From IMG/VR virus record IMGVR_UViG_3300042308_001511, positions 186,001-250,000 of that record: a stretch of 64,000 bases of DNA; one strand, 5' to 3'. The notes beneath the pieces were generated by a model. That model did no database searches. It had not been told where the DNA came from and saw only the letters and a list, made by a program, of their open reading frames with translations. Every line of letters begins with the position of its first letter. Position 1 is the stretch's first letter. Made by a program: the position numbers and the translations under genes. Shown piece by piece: positions 8,789-17,373 of this stretch.

Positions 8789-9808
8789 ATGAAAGAACTT
8801 AAAGTAATATCTTTGTTTTCTGGGTATGGAACTCAGGAACTTGCTTTGAAATATTGTGGAATAAATTATAGAAATATCGCAAATTGTGATATTTTGAAGA
8901 CTGCTAACATTGTTTATGATGCACTACACGAAACAGAAATTGGAAATCTTGGAGATGTTTCTAAAGTAGATGAAAAAACATTTCCGGAATGTGATTTCCT
9001 TACATATTCTTTCCCTTGTCAGGATATCTCAATCTCTGGTATACAGAGGGGAATTAGAAAAGGAACTCGTTCTGGTTTACTATTTGAAGTGGAAAGGATT
9101 GTCGAACACAACAAGCCTAAATATCTACTTATGGAGAATGTAAAGAACTTAGTTTCTGAAAAACATATGGGTCCATTCCAAGAGTATATAGACAAACTCG
9201 ATGAGTTAGGATATGGAAGTTCTTGGATCGTTCTAAACGGTGCTGACTTCGGATGTCCTCAGAACCGTGAGAGGGTGTTTATGATGTCTGTTCTTGGTGA
9301 GAGTAGTGAGAGTGTTAGAGAAAAACTTTACTCTGTTAAAAAAGTTCCTATGGTCGCAGGAAATACTGTTCCTATGAGACCTTATTTAGAAGAAAACGTT
9401 GGTAATGAATATTATGTTTCTGCACCATATACAAAAAATACACCGAAGGCTAGTAGTGTTTGTAGATTGGTTGCTAGAAGAGATGATATAAAATATGATC
9501 AGACCCGAAGGATCTACTCTGTAGATGGTGCATCACCGTGTCTTACTACTTCAGGTTCTCCTCAAATAATGATGGTGGATGGAAAGTTCAGAACAATTAC
9601 TGCGAGAGAAGGATATAGGTTTATGGGTGTTAGGGATCAAGATATCGATACGATACTTTCTAAAACAACTCTTAGTGATAAGTCACATATCGCACTTGCG
9701 GGGAATTCAATCTGTGTGCCGGTTATGGAAGCGATATTCAATGAATTCTTCCAGGAATACAAAATGACCGAAGTTCCTGCAGACGATGAAGATTTTTCAT
9801 GGAACTAA
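8789..9808 (+). CDS. DNA (cytosine-5)-methyltransferase, orphan
   Basis: Motif I FSGYG, IV SFPCQDIS, VI ENVKNL, VIII PQNRERVF, IX-X TAREGYR...AGNSI. Confidence 0.92.
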   Translation: MKELKVISLFSGYGTQELALKYCGINYRNIANCDILKTANIVYDALHETEIGNLGDVSKVDEKTFPECDFLTYSFPCQDISISGIQRGIRKGTRSGLLFEVERIVEHNKPKYLLMENVKNLVSEKHMGPFQEYIDKLDELGYGSSWIVLNGADFGCPQNRERVFMMSVLGESSESVREKLYSVKKVPMVAGNTVPMRPYLEENVGNEYYVSAPYTKNTPKASSVCRLVARRDDIKYDQTRRIYSVDGASPCLTTSGSPQIMMVDGKFRTITAREGYRFMGVRDQDIDTILSKTTLSDKSHIALAGNSICVPVMEAIFNEFFQEYKMTEVPADDEDFSWN

Positions 9809-9811
9809 AAT

Positions 9812-9842
9812 AAAATCCCACTTCTTAGGTGGGATTTTTTTT
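9812..9842 (+). terminator. Intrinsic terminator
   Basis: AAAATCCCAC-TTCTTAG-GTGGGATTTTTTTT. Confidence 0.8.
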
Positions 9843-9855
9843 GTATCTTAGCGAT

Positions 9856-10275
9856 ATGGATAAACAAAGATTAGAAGAGATGATGCTTAGACTGCAGCTG
9901 GCAGTCAACGAAATCGCAAGAGGTGAAGGAGTAGAGATAAAACTATCTGAGCCAGAACACCTATTCTCGGGTGACAACAACACCTATAAAGTAAGCATGA
10001 CCATTGCAGACGTCGATCCTGTAAAACAGCGTGAGTATGAGGCGATGTGTAAGAAAGTAGGTTTCACACAAAACGTAATCGGTATGTCGTTCACAACTTC
10101 ACACGGATCACTTTACCGAATAGTCAACATAAAGACCAGAAACAGAAAATACCCGGTAATCGCCTCGTCCAGACTGGGTGGACTTTACAAATTCTCTGCG
10201 GAGACCGTTAAGAGACAACTCGGTGGCGACCAGCTTATAAACAGAAACGCTAACTTAGATAAACTAATACCATGA
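9856..10275 (+). CDS. Hypothetical protein with C-terminal tag variant (RNANLDKLIP)
   Basis: Likely start ATG 9856, 4 nt after TATCTTAG; the track's start at 9829 lies inside the terminator. Confidence 0.75.
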   Translation: MDKQRLEEMMLRLQLAVNEIARGEGVEIKLSEPEHLFSGDNNTYKVSMTIADVDPVKQREYEAMCKKVGFTQNVIGMSFTTSHGSLYRIVNIKTRNRKYPVIASSRLGGLYKFSAETVKRQLGGDQLINRNANLDKLIP

Positions 10276-10715
10276 TAATAGCAATAGTAGTACTAGCGCT
10301 GACGACACTCATATTCGGAATTTACATCATACACCTCCACGCCAGACTGTCGGAGGTGATAGCGGACAAAAACAACGCAGAGACGCTCACAGCGACGTTG
10401 AAGAAAAGGACGACCGTCGAGGTATCACCAGGCGACACCGGCCTTATGCCCGGATACAACCTACAACACAACAGGAAGGATGGACCGTATGCGTTCCAGG
10501 TCGACTTCGAGGTCAGCATAATAGAACTATCCGAGAAACGTCTAAAGGTGAGTGCAATTGACTTCACATCCAACGACGCATGGGCGAAGGATCCCACCAA
10601 CAAGCCGGGTATAATAAAATTCTTCCAGAACCAGTGGGTGAACAGGAACGAAGTAGAAATCATCTACGACGATAGAAAACGCAGGAACGACAAACTAAAC
10701 GAATTAGGAATATGA
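10272..10715 (+). CDS. Membrane-anchored hypothetical protein with C-terminal tag (RNDKLNELGI)
   Basis: N-terminal hydrophobic helix; ATGA-coupled at both ends. Confidence 0.75.
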   Translation: MIIAIVVLALTTLIFGIYIIHLHARLSEVIADKNNAETLTATLKKRTTVEVSPGDTGLMPGYNLQHNRKDGPYAFQVDFEVSIIELSEKRLKVSAIDFTSNDAWAKDPTNKPGIIKFFQNQWVNRNEVEIIYDDRKRRNDKLNELGI

Positions 10716-11116
10716 TAACGTTCGAGGAGTTCGCACGCGACATCGGGATGCACCGCGAGGAGGCGATAAAGCGCGAGATACGTGAGATGAAGATAAACAT
10801 ACTCGAGGGTAAGTATATGTGCACCGACGCATACTCTATACCAAAGAATCCAATGATGTGGGAAATGTGTACCGAATGTGGACTGAGACCACTAATCTGG
10901 GAGTTCGACAACGGAAGGGCCACTGCGTGTGGTTGTGGAAAGGACACTTACGAACATCATTCGATACATGCAGAGAGTGTAAGGTCTGTTGTAGAAAGGT
11001 GTGGTGGATCTGCAATGGAATACGATTTAGATGCACTTAGGAATAACTGGAACCAATGGGTAAAAACTGGGAAAGGTGTTATGCACAAAGACCTGAGAGA
11101 CGAAGGAAAATGGTAA
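10712..11116 (+). CDS. Hypothetical protein with CxxC/CxC putative Zn site
   Basis: CTECG...ACGCG; translationally coupled; no C-terminal tag. Confidence 0.75.
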   Translation: MITFEEFARDIGMHREEAIKREIREMKINILEGKYMCTDAYSIPKNPMMWEMCTECGLRPLIWEFDNGRATACGCGKDTYEHHSIHAESVRSVVERCGGSAMEYDLDALRNNWNQWVKTGKGVMHKDLRDEGKW

Positions 11117-11120
11117 TGGA

Positions 11121-11471
11121 ATGAAGACAGACGAATACATACGCGGTGAGATAACCAGACACCTCGACATCCACAAAATAACGTACCGAGAGGCTCAGAT
11201 TGCTGAGATGGTAGAGTCCGTGCTCGGTGGCACTGGTGCGTTCCAAATCATATTCGAACAGGTCTTCGATCCGTTCTGTGAGGACGGAGACGAAATATAC
11301 GTTCTCGAGAAATGTAGAGCACTCGACAGAAGCCTGATCCGTGAAACGACCACACAATTCGGTACTATGTACGCATATGACGGCAAGCGATACCAGTGGT
11401 CCGAAATGGAGACCATACTGATTGACCAGGTGGCATTAAGAGACATCAAGATCAACGAGCTCGGTCTGTAA
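11121..11471 (+). CDS. Hypothetical protein with C-terminal tag (RDIKINELGL)
   Basis: 116-aa ORF in the co-directional array. Confidence 0.75.
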   Translation: MKTDEYIRGEITRHLDIHKITYREAQIAEMVESVLGGTGAFQIIFEQVFDPFCEDGDEIYVLEKCRALDRSLIRETTTQFGTMYAYDGKRYQWSEMETILIDQVALRDIKINELGL

Positions 11472-11519
11472 ACATCCTATACCTAGCTACATATAAAAGT
11501 AAACCAAAAACTTTTACAG

Positions 11520-11735
11520 ATGGCAATCAAAATCACTTGGACAGAGTCCAGCACAACTTACTACCACTACTCCGCCGAGATTACTGAAGAACAGGCAGAT
11601 CTATTCGAGACCGACGAGGCAAAGTTCTTCGACGAAGTAGACTTCCGAAACGATCCAGTTCTCGAATGGGAGGACGTCAAGGACCACGATGCTGAAGACT
11701 TCGAAATCGAAGAAGAAGACGAGGAAGACGAGTAA
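11520..11735 (+). CDS. Small acidic hypothetical protein
   Basis: 71 aa, strongly D/E-rich, A-rich leader. Confidence 0.7.
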   Translation: MAIKITWTESSTTYYHYSAEITEEQADLFETDEAKFFDEVDFRNDPVLEWEDVKDHDAEDFEIEEEDEEDE

Positions 11736-11787
11736 CAAAAAATTAGAAGAGGTCCAAAGTTTGTGCCTTTTTTCGTATATTAGCATT

Positions 11788-12002
11788 ATGTACGAATACC
11801 TAGAACACATAGATAATAACAGATTCAGATTTCGCTGGTCGATGAAGAACGCCAACTTCCTGTGCTGTCAATAGACGAGATTCGTTCTATGATGAAATAC
11901 TACGAGAACATAGAGGCCTACGAGGTCTGTACGTCTATTAATGCCTACATAACCACAATCGAAAGAGATAAAAAACTAGAAGAACTTGGAATAATCGACT
12001 AA
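11788..12002 (+). pseudogene. Frameshifted small tagged gene (…YEVCTSINAYITTIERDKKLEELGIID)
   Basis: ATG 11788 reads MYEYLEHIDNN. The tagged C-terminus lies in another frame (11820-12002). A -1 shift near 11820 joins the two. Confidence 0.5.
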
Positions 12003-12004
12003 GT

Positions 12005-12517
12005 ATGAAAGTAAAAGAAATACTAATAACATTTTTCGGTGCAACCGCTGTACTTTTAGCAATCCTTTTCGGATTGTCCTACTTCGGCAACACTATGTCT
12101 GGCCACATCAACCTTATAATATCGATGTGTGTAGCCACCATAATCGTGGGTATAATGCAGAATGTCGTTCCAGGAATAAGAAAGGTCAAAGCAGAGAAGA
12201 AGGTCAGAACGTTCGTAGAAAATAACTGGCTACCTGGTTTCGAAAAGAAGCACTGGGTGATACGCAACCTCGAAATTATGAATAGAAGAAGCGATCTGTA
12301 CTACGTTATGTTAGACGTCGAGTATCTTCCTCTGGGCAAACGCCATAGTTTCAGTGCAGACGTTAGTTATTCCGATCCTAACTCACACATACACAAAAAC
12401 ATCTCTTACCACCTGAACCGCAAAGAGAAGGAGTGGGCCACTGCAGTGGGAACCGATATGGCAACAATCAGAAAGCAATGGAAAAGAGATAACAGACTAA
12501 ACGAACTAGTGATATGA
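12005..12517 (+). CDS. Two-TM membrane protein with C-terminal tag (RDNRLNELVI)
   Basis: Two N-terminal hydrophobic segments; ATGA overlap with the next gene. Confidence 0.75.
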   Translation: MKVKEILITFFGATAVLLAILFGLSYFGNTMSGHINLIISMCVATIIVGIMQNVVPGIRKVKAEKKVRTFVENNWLPGFEKKHWVIRNLEIMNRRSDLYYVMLDVEYLPLGKRHSFSADVSYSDPNSHIHKNISYHLNRKEKEWATAVGTDMATIRKQWKRDNRLNELVI

Positions 12518-12729
12518 AAGTTATTTGCACACAGGAGACCTACAAACGACACAGAATGGACCTTACGTATGGCAAGGCATACGAAGTCGTCGATGAACAT
12601 CCATTACAAATCAATGACCAAATGTACAAAATAATCGACGACAGAGGAACTTTGGCCTGGTTTGACCGCGAGGTAGTAATACCCCTGGAAGAATGGAGAA
12701 ACAAACAACTAAAAGAACTCGGTATATGA
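12514..12729 (+). CDS. Small SH3-like hypothetical protein with tag (RNKQLKELGI)
   Basis: MKVIC...LTYGKAYEV...YKIIDDRG...WF beta-rich pattern. Confidence 0.75.
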   Translation: MKVICTQETYKRHRMDLTYGKAYEVVDEHPLQINDQMYKIIDDRGTLAWFDREVVIPLEEWRNKQLKELGI

Positions 12730-12974
12730 TGACAATAATCGAAATGTACGGTAGTGAAAAAGTTGCCGGCTCTGGTTACAAGATAACACCAGGTAAGAAA
12801 TACCAGGTAACCGTGTTTCATCAACAGATTTCACCAGACGCCTATCTACAAGAAAAGTTTATATTCACCGACGACTCAGGTGCGAAAGACGAAATAAGCT
12901 ACCTCTGGATCGATAACTGTATGTGTAGTAAAGAAAAATGGAGAGAAACACAAATAAACAAACTCGGAATATGA
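12726..12974 (+). CDS. Small hypothetical protein with tag (RETQINKLGI)
   Basis: Start inferred at the ATGA overlap 12726; ITPGKKYQV...FTDDSG resembles the previous gene. Confidence 0.75.
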   Translation: MMTIIEMYGSEKVAGSGYKITPGKKYQVTVFHQQISPDAYLQEKFIFTDDSGAKDEISYLWIDNCMCSKEKWRETQINKLGI

Positions 12975-13249
12975 TACCAACAATAGGAACACACCTCATC
13001 CGAAGAAACGAAAAGCAATATCTAAATAGTAATGTGGTCGCTGATTGGAGTGGAAAATATATAAAAGGGAAAATAACAGCACTACGAAAATTCCACGAAC
13101 ATGGAGAACTGCACATAGTAATAGAATGGGAAGGTATAGGTCCAGTTCAGTACACCGAAGCGATGTTCTACGAATGTTTACATGAGGGTAAGATAAAGAT
13201 TGACAAACAACATTATAGAAACGAGAAATTTGATCAACTAGGTATATGA
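12971..13249 (+). CDS. Small hypothetical protein with tag (RNEKFDQLGI)
   Basis: Start inferred at the ATGA overlap 12971. Confidence 0.75.
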   Translation: MIPTIGTHLIRRNEKQYLNSNVVADWSGKYIKGKITALRKFHEHGELHIVIEWEGIGPVQYTEAMFYECLHEGKIKIDKQHYRNEKFDQLGI

Positions 13250-13524
13250 AATGGGGAAAAAAATGGAGAAACGGTGAGATGAGGACAATCACCAAGTTCG
13301 CATGGTTGCCGATAAGGATAGATAATAGATGGGAAGGCGCTGAATGGGTCTGGCTCGAGACCGTCAAGATCGAGCAGTGCTATCGAACGAATGTGGGTCT
13401 CAGTAGCACGATGGTGCAAGACTTCAAGGTCTGGTTATTCGGTGGTTACTGGCTCAACGAGAGGTTCGTGCCGAAGACTAAGGACGAGATCAGGAACGAC
13501 AAGCTAGACAAACTGGGAATATAG
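13246..13524 (+). CDS. Small Trp-rich hypothetical protein with tag (RNDKLDKLGI)
   Basis: KFAWLPIRI...WVWLE pattern; ATGA-coupled; ends 1 nt from the glnS stop. Confidence 0.75.
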   Translation: MKWGKKWRNGEMRTITKFAWLPIRIDNRWEGAEWVWLETVKIEQCYRTNVGLSSTMVQDFKVWLFGGYWLNERFVPKTKDEIRNDKLDKLGI

Positions 13525-13525
13525 A

Positions 13526-15130
13526 CTATGCAGTCCAACCCTCTTTTAAACTAACGGTCTTGTTCAACGATCCGTCTTTATCCATAACATAGTAACCCTT
13601 TCTAACCATTTGAACCGGTGTTCCTGGAACACATTCCGTAACACATGGTTCGAATACCGCACTCATATTAACTTTCTTAGACTCCGAGTTCAAATAATAA
13701 AGTATATCACCTTCTTCTTTATCGGGAAATTGAGACGTGAAAAGTTTATCATACTCATTTGTCTTTACATTTATTCCGTGTTCTGTGGATACCCAGTGTA
13801 TTGTTCCTTTTACTTTCCTATCAACCTTCATTCCGGAACGAGTCATTGGATCATATTCACATAATATATGTGTTATATTACCCACATCATCCTTTACAAC
13901 CGAATTAGCTTTTATTATGTAAGCCCCCTTAAGTCTTACCTCACCACCTATCTTAAGTCTGTGAAACTTTCCACCCGCTTCTTCTTTGAAGTCTTCACGC
14001 TCTATATACAACTCACCTGAAAATGGAATCATCCTCTTACCAAATGATTCATCTTCTGGATTGTTTTCTACCTCAACATATTCAGTACCTCCTGACCAGT
14101 TCTCAATCACCAATTTCACCGGATCAAAAACACCCATCACTCTTTTAGCAGATTTGTTTAACTCAACCCTGAGACACTCCTCTAACAATGAATAAGAAAC
14201 TACTGACTCTCTTTTAGTAACCGAAATCTTTTCACAAAACTCTCTTATCGATGCTGGTGTGAAACCCCTTCTTCTCAATCCAGATATAGTAGGCATCCTT
14301 GGATCGTCCCAATCATCAACGTGACCTTCATCCACCAACCTTTTCAATTTTCTTTTAGACATAACCGTCCAGTCAATGTTTAGTCTAGCAAACTCTGTTT
14401 CTTCTGGAAGTGTACCCGATAAATCACAATTTTCAAGAACCCACATATAAAGAGGTCTATGTACCTCAAATTCAAGTGTACAAAGTGAATCTGTTATACC
14501 CTCAGTATAATCTGATAATGGATGTGCAAAATCATACATAGGGTATATTTTCCATTTGTCACCTGTTTTATGATGTGGTCTATCCACAATTCTGTATATC
14601 ACTGGATCCCTCAATATCATATTTGATGATGTCATATCGATATTAGCTCGTAGTGTCTTCGAACCCTCCGGGAATTCTCCATTCCTCATCCTGTTGAAAA
14701 GATCTAAGTTTTCTTCTCGACTTCTACTTTTATATGGTGAATCCTTTCCAGGTAATGTTGGTGTGCCCTTCATTTCTGCCATTTCTTCTGATGTGGAATC
14801 ATCTACATAAGCCAATCCTTTGTTTATCAAAGTCTGTGCACAACCATAAATGAAATCAAAGTAATCTGATGTACAAGCGATAACATTTGGTTCGTAACCA
14901 AGCCACCTAACATCTTCTGTTATAGAGTTTACATATTCCTCTTCCTCAGTACTCGGATTTGTATCATCGAATCGCAAATTGCATTTAGCACCATACTTCT
15001 CGGCCAATCCAAAATTTAGACAGATTGATTTTGCATGCCCTATATGTAAGTATCCGTTTGGTTCTGGTGGAAACCTAAGTGCCAAATTATCAATTCCTTT
15101 TTTCAATATCTTTTCCTCTATGAAGTTCAT
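13526..15130 (-). CDS. glnS: Glutaminyl-tRNA synthetase
   Basis: RFPPEPNGYLHIGH (HIGH), RFDDTNP, YPMYDFAH, SLCTLEF, VMSKR (KMSKS-like), VKGTIHWVS. Start likely at ATG 15130 (MNFIEEK). Confidence 0.95.
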   Translation of the reverse strand: MNFIEEKILKKGIDNLALRFPPEPNGYLHIGHAKSICLNFGLAEKYGAKCNLRFDDTNPSTEEEEYVNSITEDVRWLGYEPNVIACTSDYFDFIYGCAQTLINKGLAYVDDSTSEEMAEMKGTPTLPGKDSPYKSRSREENLDLFNRMRNGEFPEGSKTLRANIDMTSSNMILRDPVIYRIVDRPHHKTGDKWKIYPMYDFAHPLSDYTEGITDSLCTLEFEVHRPLYMWVLENCDLSGTLPEETEFARLNIDWTVMSKRKLKRLVDEGHVDDWDDPRMPTISGLRRRGFTPASIREFCEKISVTKRESVVSYSLLEECLRVELNKSAKRVMGVFDPVKLVIENWSGGTEYVEVENNPEDESFGKRMIPFSGELYIEREDFKEEAGGKFHRLKIGGEVRLKGAYIIKANSVVKDDVGNITHILCEYDPMTRSGMKVDRKVKGTIHWVSTEHGINVKTNEYDKLFTSQFPDKEEGDILYYLNSESKKVNMSAVFEPCVTECVPGTPVQMVRKGYYVMDKDGSLNKTVSLKEGWTA

Positions 15131-15262
15131 TATTAGATTTTTTAATTTCTTTATTTTATATGAAAAAAATGAAAAGTTAAAATATTTTTGTATATTGGTA
15201 AGATAGAGATTAGTGAGCAACACCGTGAGAAACTAAATCTACTCGGAATAATATAAAAAAGG

Positions 15263-15844
15263 ATGAAAGAGATTAGAGACATAAAGATTGATTTACTCAC
15301 TGGAAATAAAAATCCAATCGTAGAACTATTCAACGAAATCACAAAGGACACAATGATAATCAAATGTGATGTCTACCATAAACACGGAATAGAATTCATC
15401 TACCACAATGGTGGCGAGTGGATCTTCTACCAGGATTGCCAAAATGGCGAGTTCTGGTGCAACTACACGAGATATTGGTCGCTTTTCGAATCCAATCTGA
15501 AACTCGAATACCAGGAAATACAAGCGATAACAAAGTACCTGGTGGAAGAAGCACTCAAACGAGAGGTGAGCACACCTCGTGAGGCATTGGAGTCTTTCAA
15601 AGGAGTGGTGGAAGAAGCACTCAAACGAGAGGTGAGCACACCCATAATGAATAATGTAGTTCAGTACTTCGCGGTGGAAGAGGTGCTCAAACGAGAGGTG
15701 AGCACACCAAAATCTCATCTACATAATTCAGCAACGGTGGTGGAAAAAGCACTCAAACGAGAGGTAGGATCAGTTGAATTTGTTGTTTTCACCCCTCCAC
15801 CGGTGGAAGAGTCACTCAAAAGAGAGATAAACCAAACCGAATAA
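15263..15844 (+). CDS. Hypothetical protein with C-terminal conserved-repeat/variable-insert array
   Basis: ~93-aa unique N-terminal domain, then five VEEALKREV units separated by unrelated 9-10-aa segments. Confidence 0.8.
   Translation: MKEIRDIKIDLLTGNKNPIVELFNEITKDTMIIKCDVYHKHGIEFIYHNGGEWIFYQDCQNGEFWCNYTRYWSLFESNLKLEYQEIQAITKYLVEEALKREVSTPREALESFKGVVEEALKREVSTPIMNNVVQYFAVEEVLKREVSTPKSHLHNSATVVEKALKREVGSVEFVVFTPPPVEESLKREINQTE
15541..15837 (+). repeat. CRISPR-like array inside a coding frame: 36-nt repeats, 30-nt spacers
   Basis: GGTGGAAGAAGCACTCAAACGAGAGGTGAGCACACC at 15541 and 15607 (identical), 15673 (3 mismatches), degenerate copies at 15739 and 15802. Spacers are 30, 30, 30 and 27 nt and mutually unrelated. 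Confidence 0.9.
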
Positions 15845-15847
15845 CCA

Positions 15848-16108
15848 ATGGAACTCGACCACATAATACTCGAAAGGATCTGCCTACGAAAATACAACAT
15901 AGACGCAGACCAACCAGCACTCATAAACCTCAGAGACTGGCAAACCACAATACACGACGACACCTGGCATACCGAATGCTTCTTCTCGGTTGGATCAGGC
16001 CCAAGATGGTTCGGCCAAGATAGCCTGGTAGTATACCAAGATGAATACATACGAGAACTTACCACCATACGAAGAGAAGAGAAACTTAATCAACTCGGCA
16101 TCAAATGA
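15848..16108 (+). CDS. Small hypothetical protein with tag (REEKLNQLGIK)
   Basis: 86-aa ORF; ATGA-coupled to the next gene. Confidence 0.7.
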   Translation: MELDHIILERICLRKYNIDADQPALINLRDWQTTIHDDTWHTECFFSVGSGPRWFGQDSLVVYQDEYIRELTTIRREEKLNQLGIK

Positions 16109-16356
16109 TAAACAAAGACATCGCGGTAGAGATAGCACACAACGAATACCACAAGAAGTACAACGACACAGAGGGAACCGTTCTCTCTACTATGTATGTC
16201 AATCAAATGGTTGATGTTGATTACGTCGTAGTAAGTCTACTAGCTCGTAAAGAAGGCGACGACCTGAAAGTCTTCACAATAGACATACCGATGTGGTACT
16301 ACAACGCAGAAGTCCAAAATAAAAGAGATTGCAAAATAGACGAGATATTGGAATGA
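16105..16356 (+). CDS. Small hypothetical protein with tag variant (RDCKIDEILE)
   Basis: 83-aa ORF; coupled at both ends. Confidence 0.7.
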   Translation: MINKDIAVEIAHNEYHKKYNDTEGTVLSTMYVNQMVDVDYVVVSLLARKEGDDLKVFTIDIPMWYYNAEVQNKRDCKIDEILE

Positions 16357-16595
16357 CCAAAGACCAAGAGAAAATCATAAGAGATTGGTTTGAAACCATA
16401 AAGAAAAACCTTCCCGCAGGTGCCGAGATATCCAGCATCAGAGAACACCGGGACGGAAAAACAACCATCGTCTACGAATACGGAAAACACGAGAACACAT
16501 ACAGAGACGGAAAGAGACACGGTCAAATAGAAGTCACCAAAGACCACATAACACAAATAAACCGAGAAAACAAACTAAGAGAACTGGGACTCTAA
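16353..16595 (+). CDS. Small hypothetical protein with tag (RENKLRELGL)
   Basis: Start inferred at the ATGA overlap 16353. Confidence 0.7.
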   Translation: MTKDQEKIIRDWFETIKKNLPAGAEISSIREHRDGKTTIVYEYGKHENTYRDGKRHGQIEVTKDHITQINRENKLRELGL

Positions 16596-17281
16596 TCCTC
16601 ATCCGTGCGTATCCACCTGACGTCCTGCCTCACCTCCAAATGAACGCCCGGGAACTCTTCCGCGACCCTGTCTTTCACAGCCTGGGCGACCTCGTCAGGT
16701 ATCCTTTCCTGGAAGGCGTTTATCGAGTCGCTTCGCATGTGGAACGTCACCAAATACCCGATGCCGTAACTTGAGAAATTCGTCTTCAACCTATTCATGT
16801 TCCTCCTGAAGTCGCGGACCCAGTCGTCTTGAGTACTGCCCTCCTCCATCACACACATAAACACCGTCGGTAGTGAGGCGTGACTGGAAAAGTAACTTTT
16901 ACCTGCTCTGTGATTCCAGACCGCTGCCTGTATCCTGACCTGGTAGCCACTGTCGGTGAGGTCCTCCGCGACAAGCACATCCGACAGGTAGTCGATGAGA
17001 GACATATCGACCCGGCCTGCGAAGTACTCCTCGGCCGAGACCATCGCCGCGTCGACCCTCGCCCGGTCCTCCGCGCTCATCTCCTGCCTGAACGACCAGT
17101 CGGTATCGTCCCAATGACATTCATCCTCCCAACTAACCGAACCATCCGCCAACAATGGCCAAAGATTACCCGTCTCGGTTCCTAACGCAGAACCAACACT
17201 ATCCAAATTAACAATCGGCTCATCCGGAACACCATCCGCTTGTCCCTCTAAGAAGACCTTATACACTTTTAACTTTCTCAT
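16592..17281 (-). CDS. Hypothetical protein, visibly GC-rich
   Basis: 229-aa ORF convergent with the tagged array; composition differs from its flanks. Confidence 0.7.
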   Translation of the reverse strand: MRKLKVYKVFLEGQADGVPDEPIVNLDSVGSALGTETGNLWPLLADGSVSWEDECHWDDTDWSFRQEMSAEDRARVDAAMVSAEEYFAGRVDMSLIDYLSDVLVAEDLTDSGYQVRIQAAVWNHRAGKSYFSSHASLPTVFMCVMEEGSTQDDWVRDFRRNMNRLKTNFSSYGIGYLVTFHMRSDSINAFQERIPDEVAQAVKDRVAEEFPGVHLEVRQDVRWIRTDED

Positions 17282-17373
17282 ACAAAATATATGTATTTAA
17301 TCCATCTCATAAACTATATATAACGAAATTTATATATTATATATAAAAACTCTATAAAAAATAAAAAAAAACT

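Noticed and set aside
15131-15223. N-terminal extension of GlnRS from TTG 15223
   Set aside because: Low-complexity AT-rich intergenic sequence; ATG 15130 with an A-rich leader fits better.
15541-15837. Diversity-generating retroelement variable/template repeats
   Set aside because: Spacers differ at essentially all positions rather than only at template adenines, and no reverse transcriptase or separate template copy was seen in the window.
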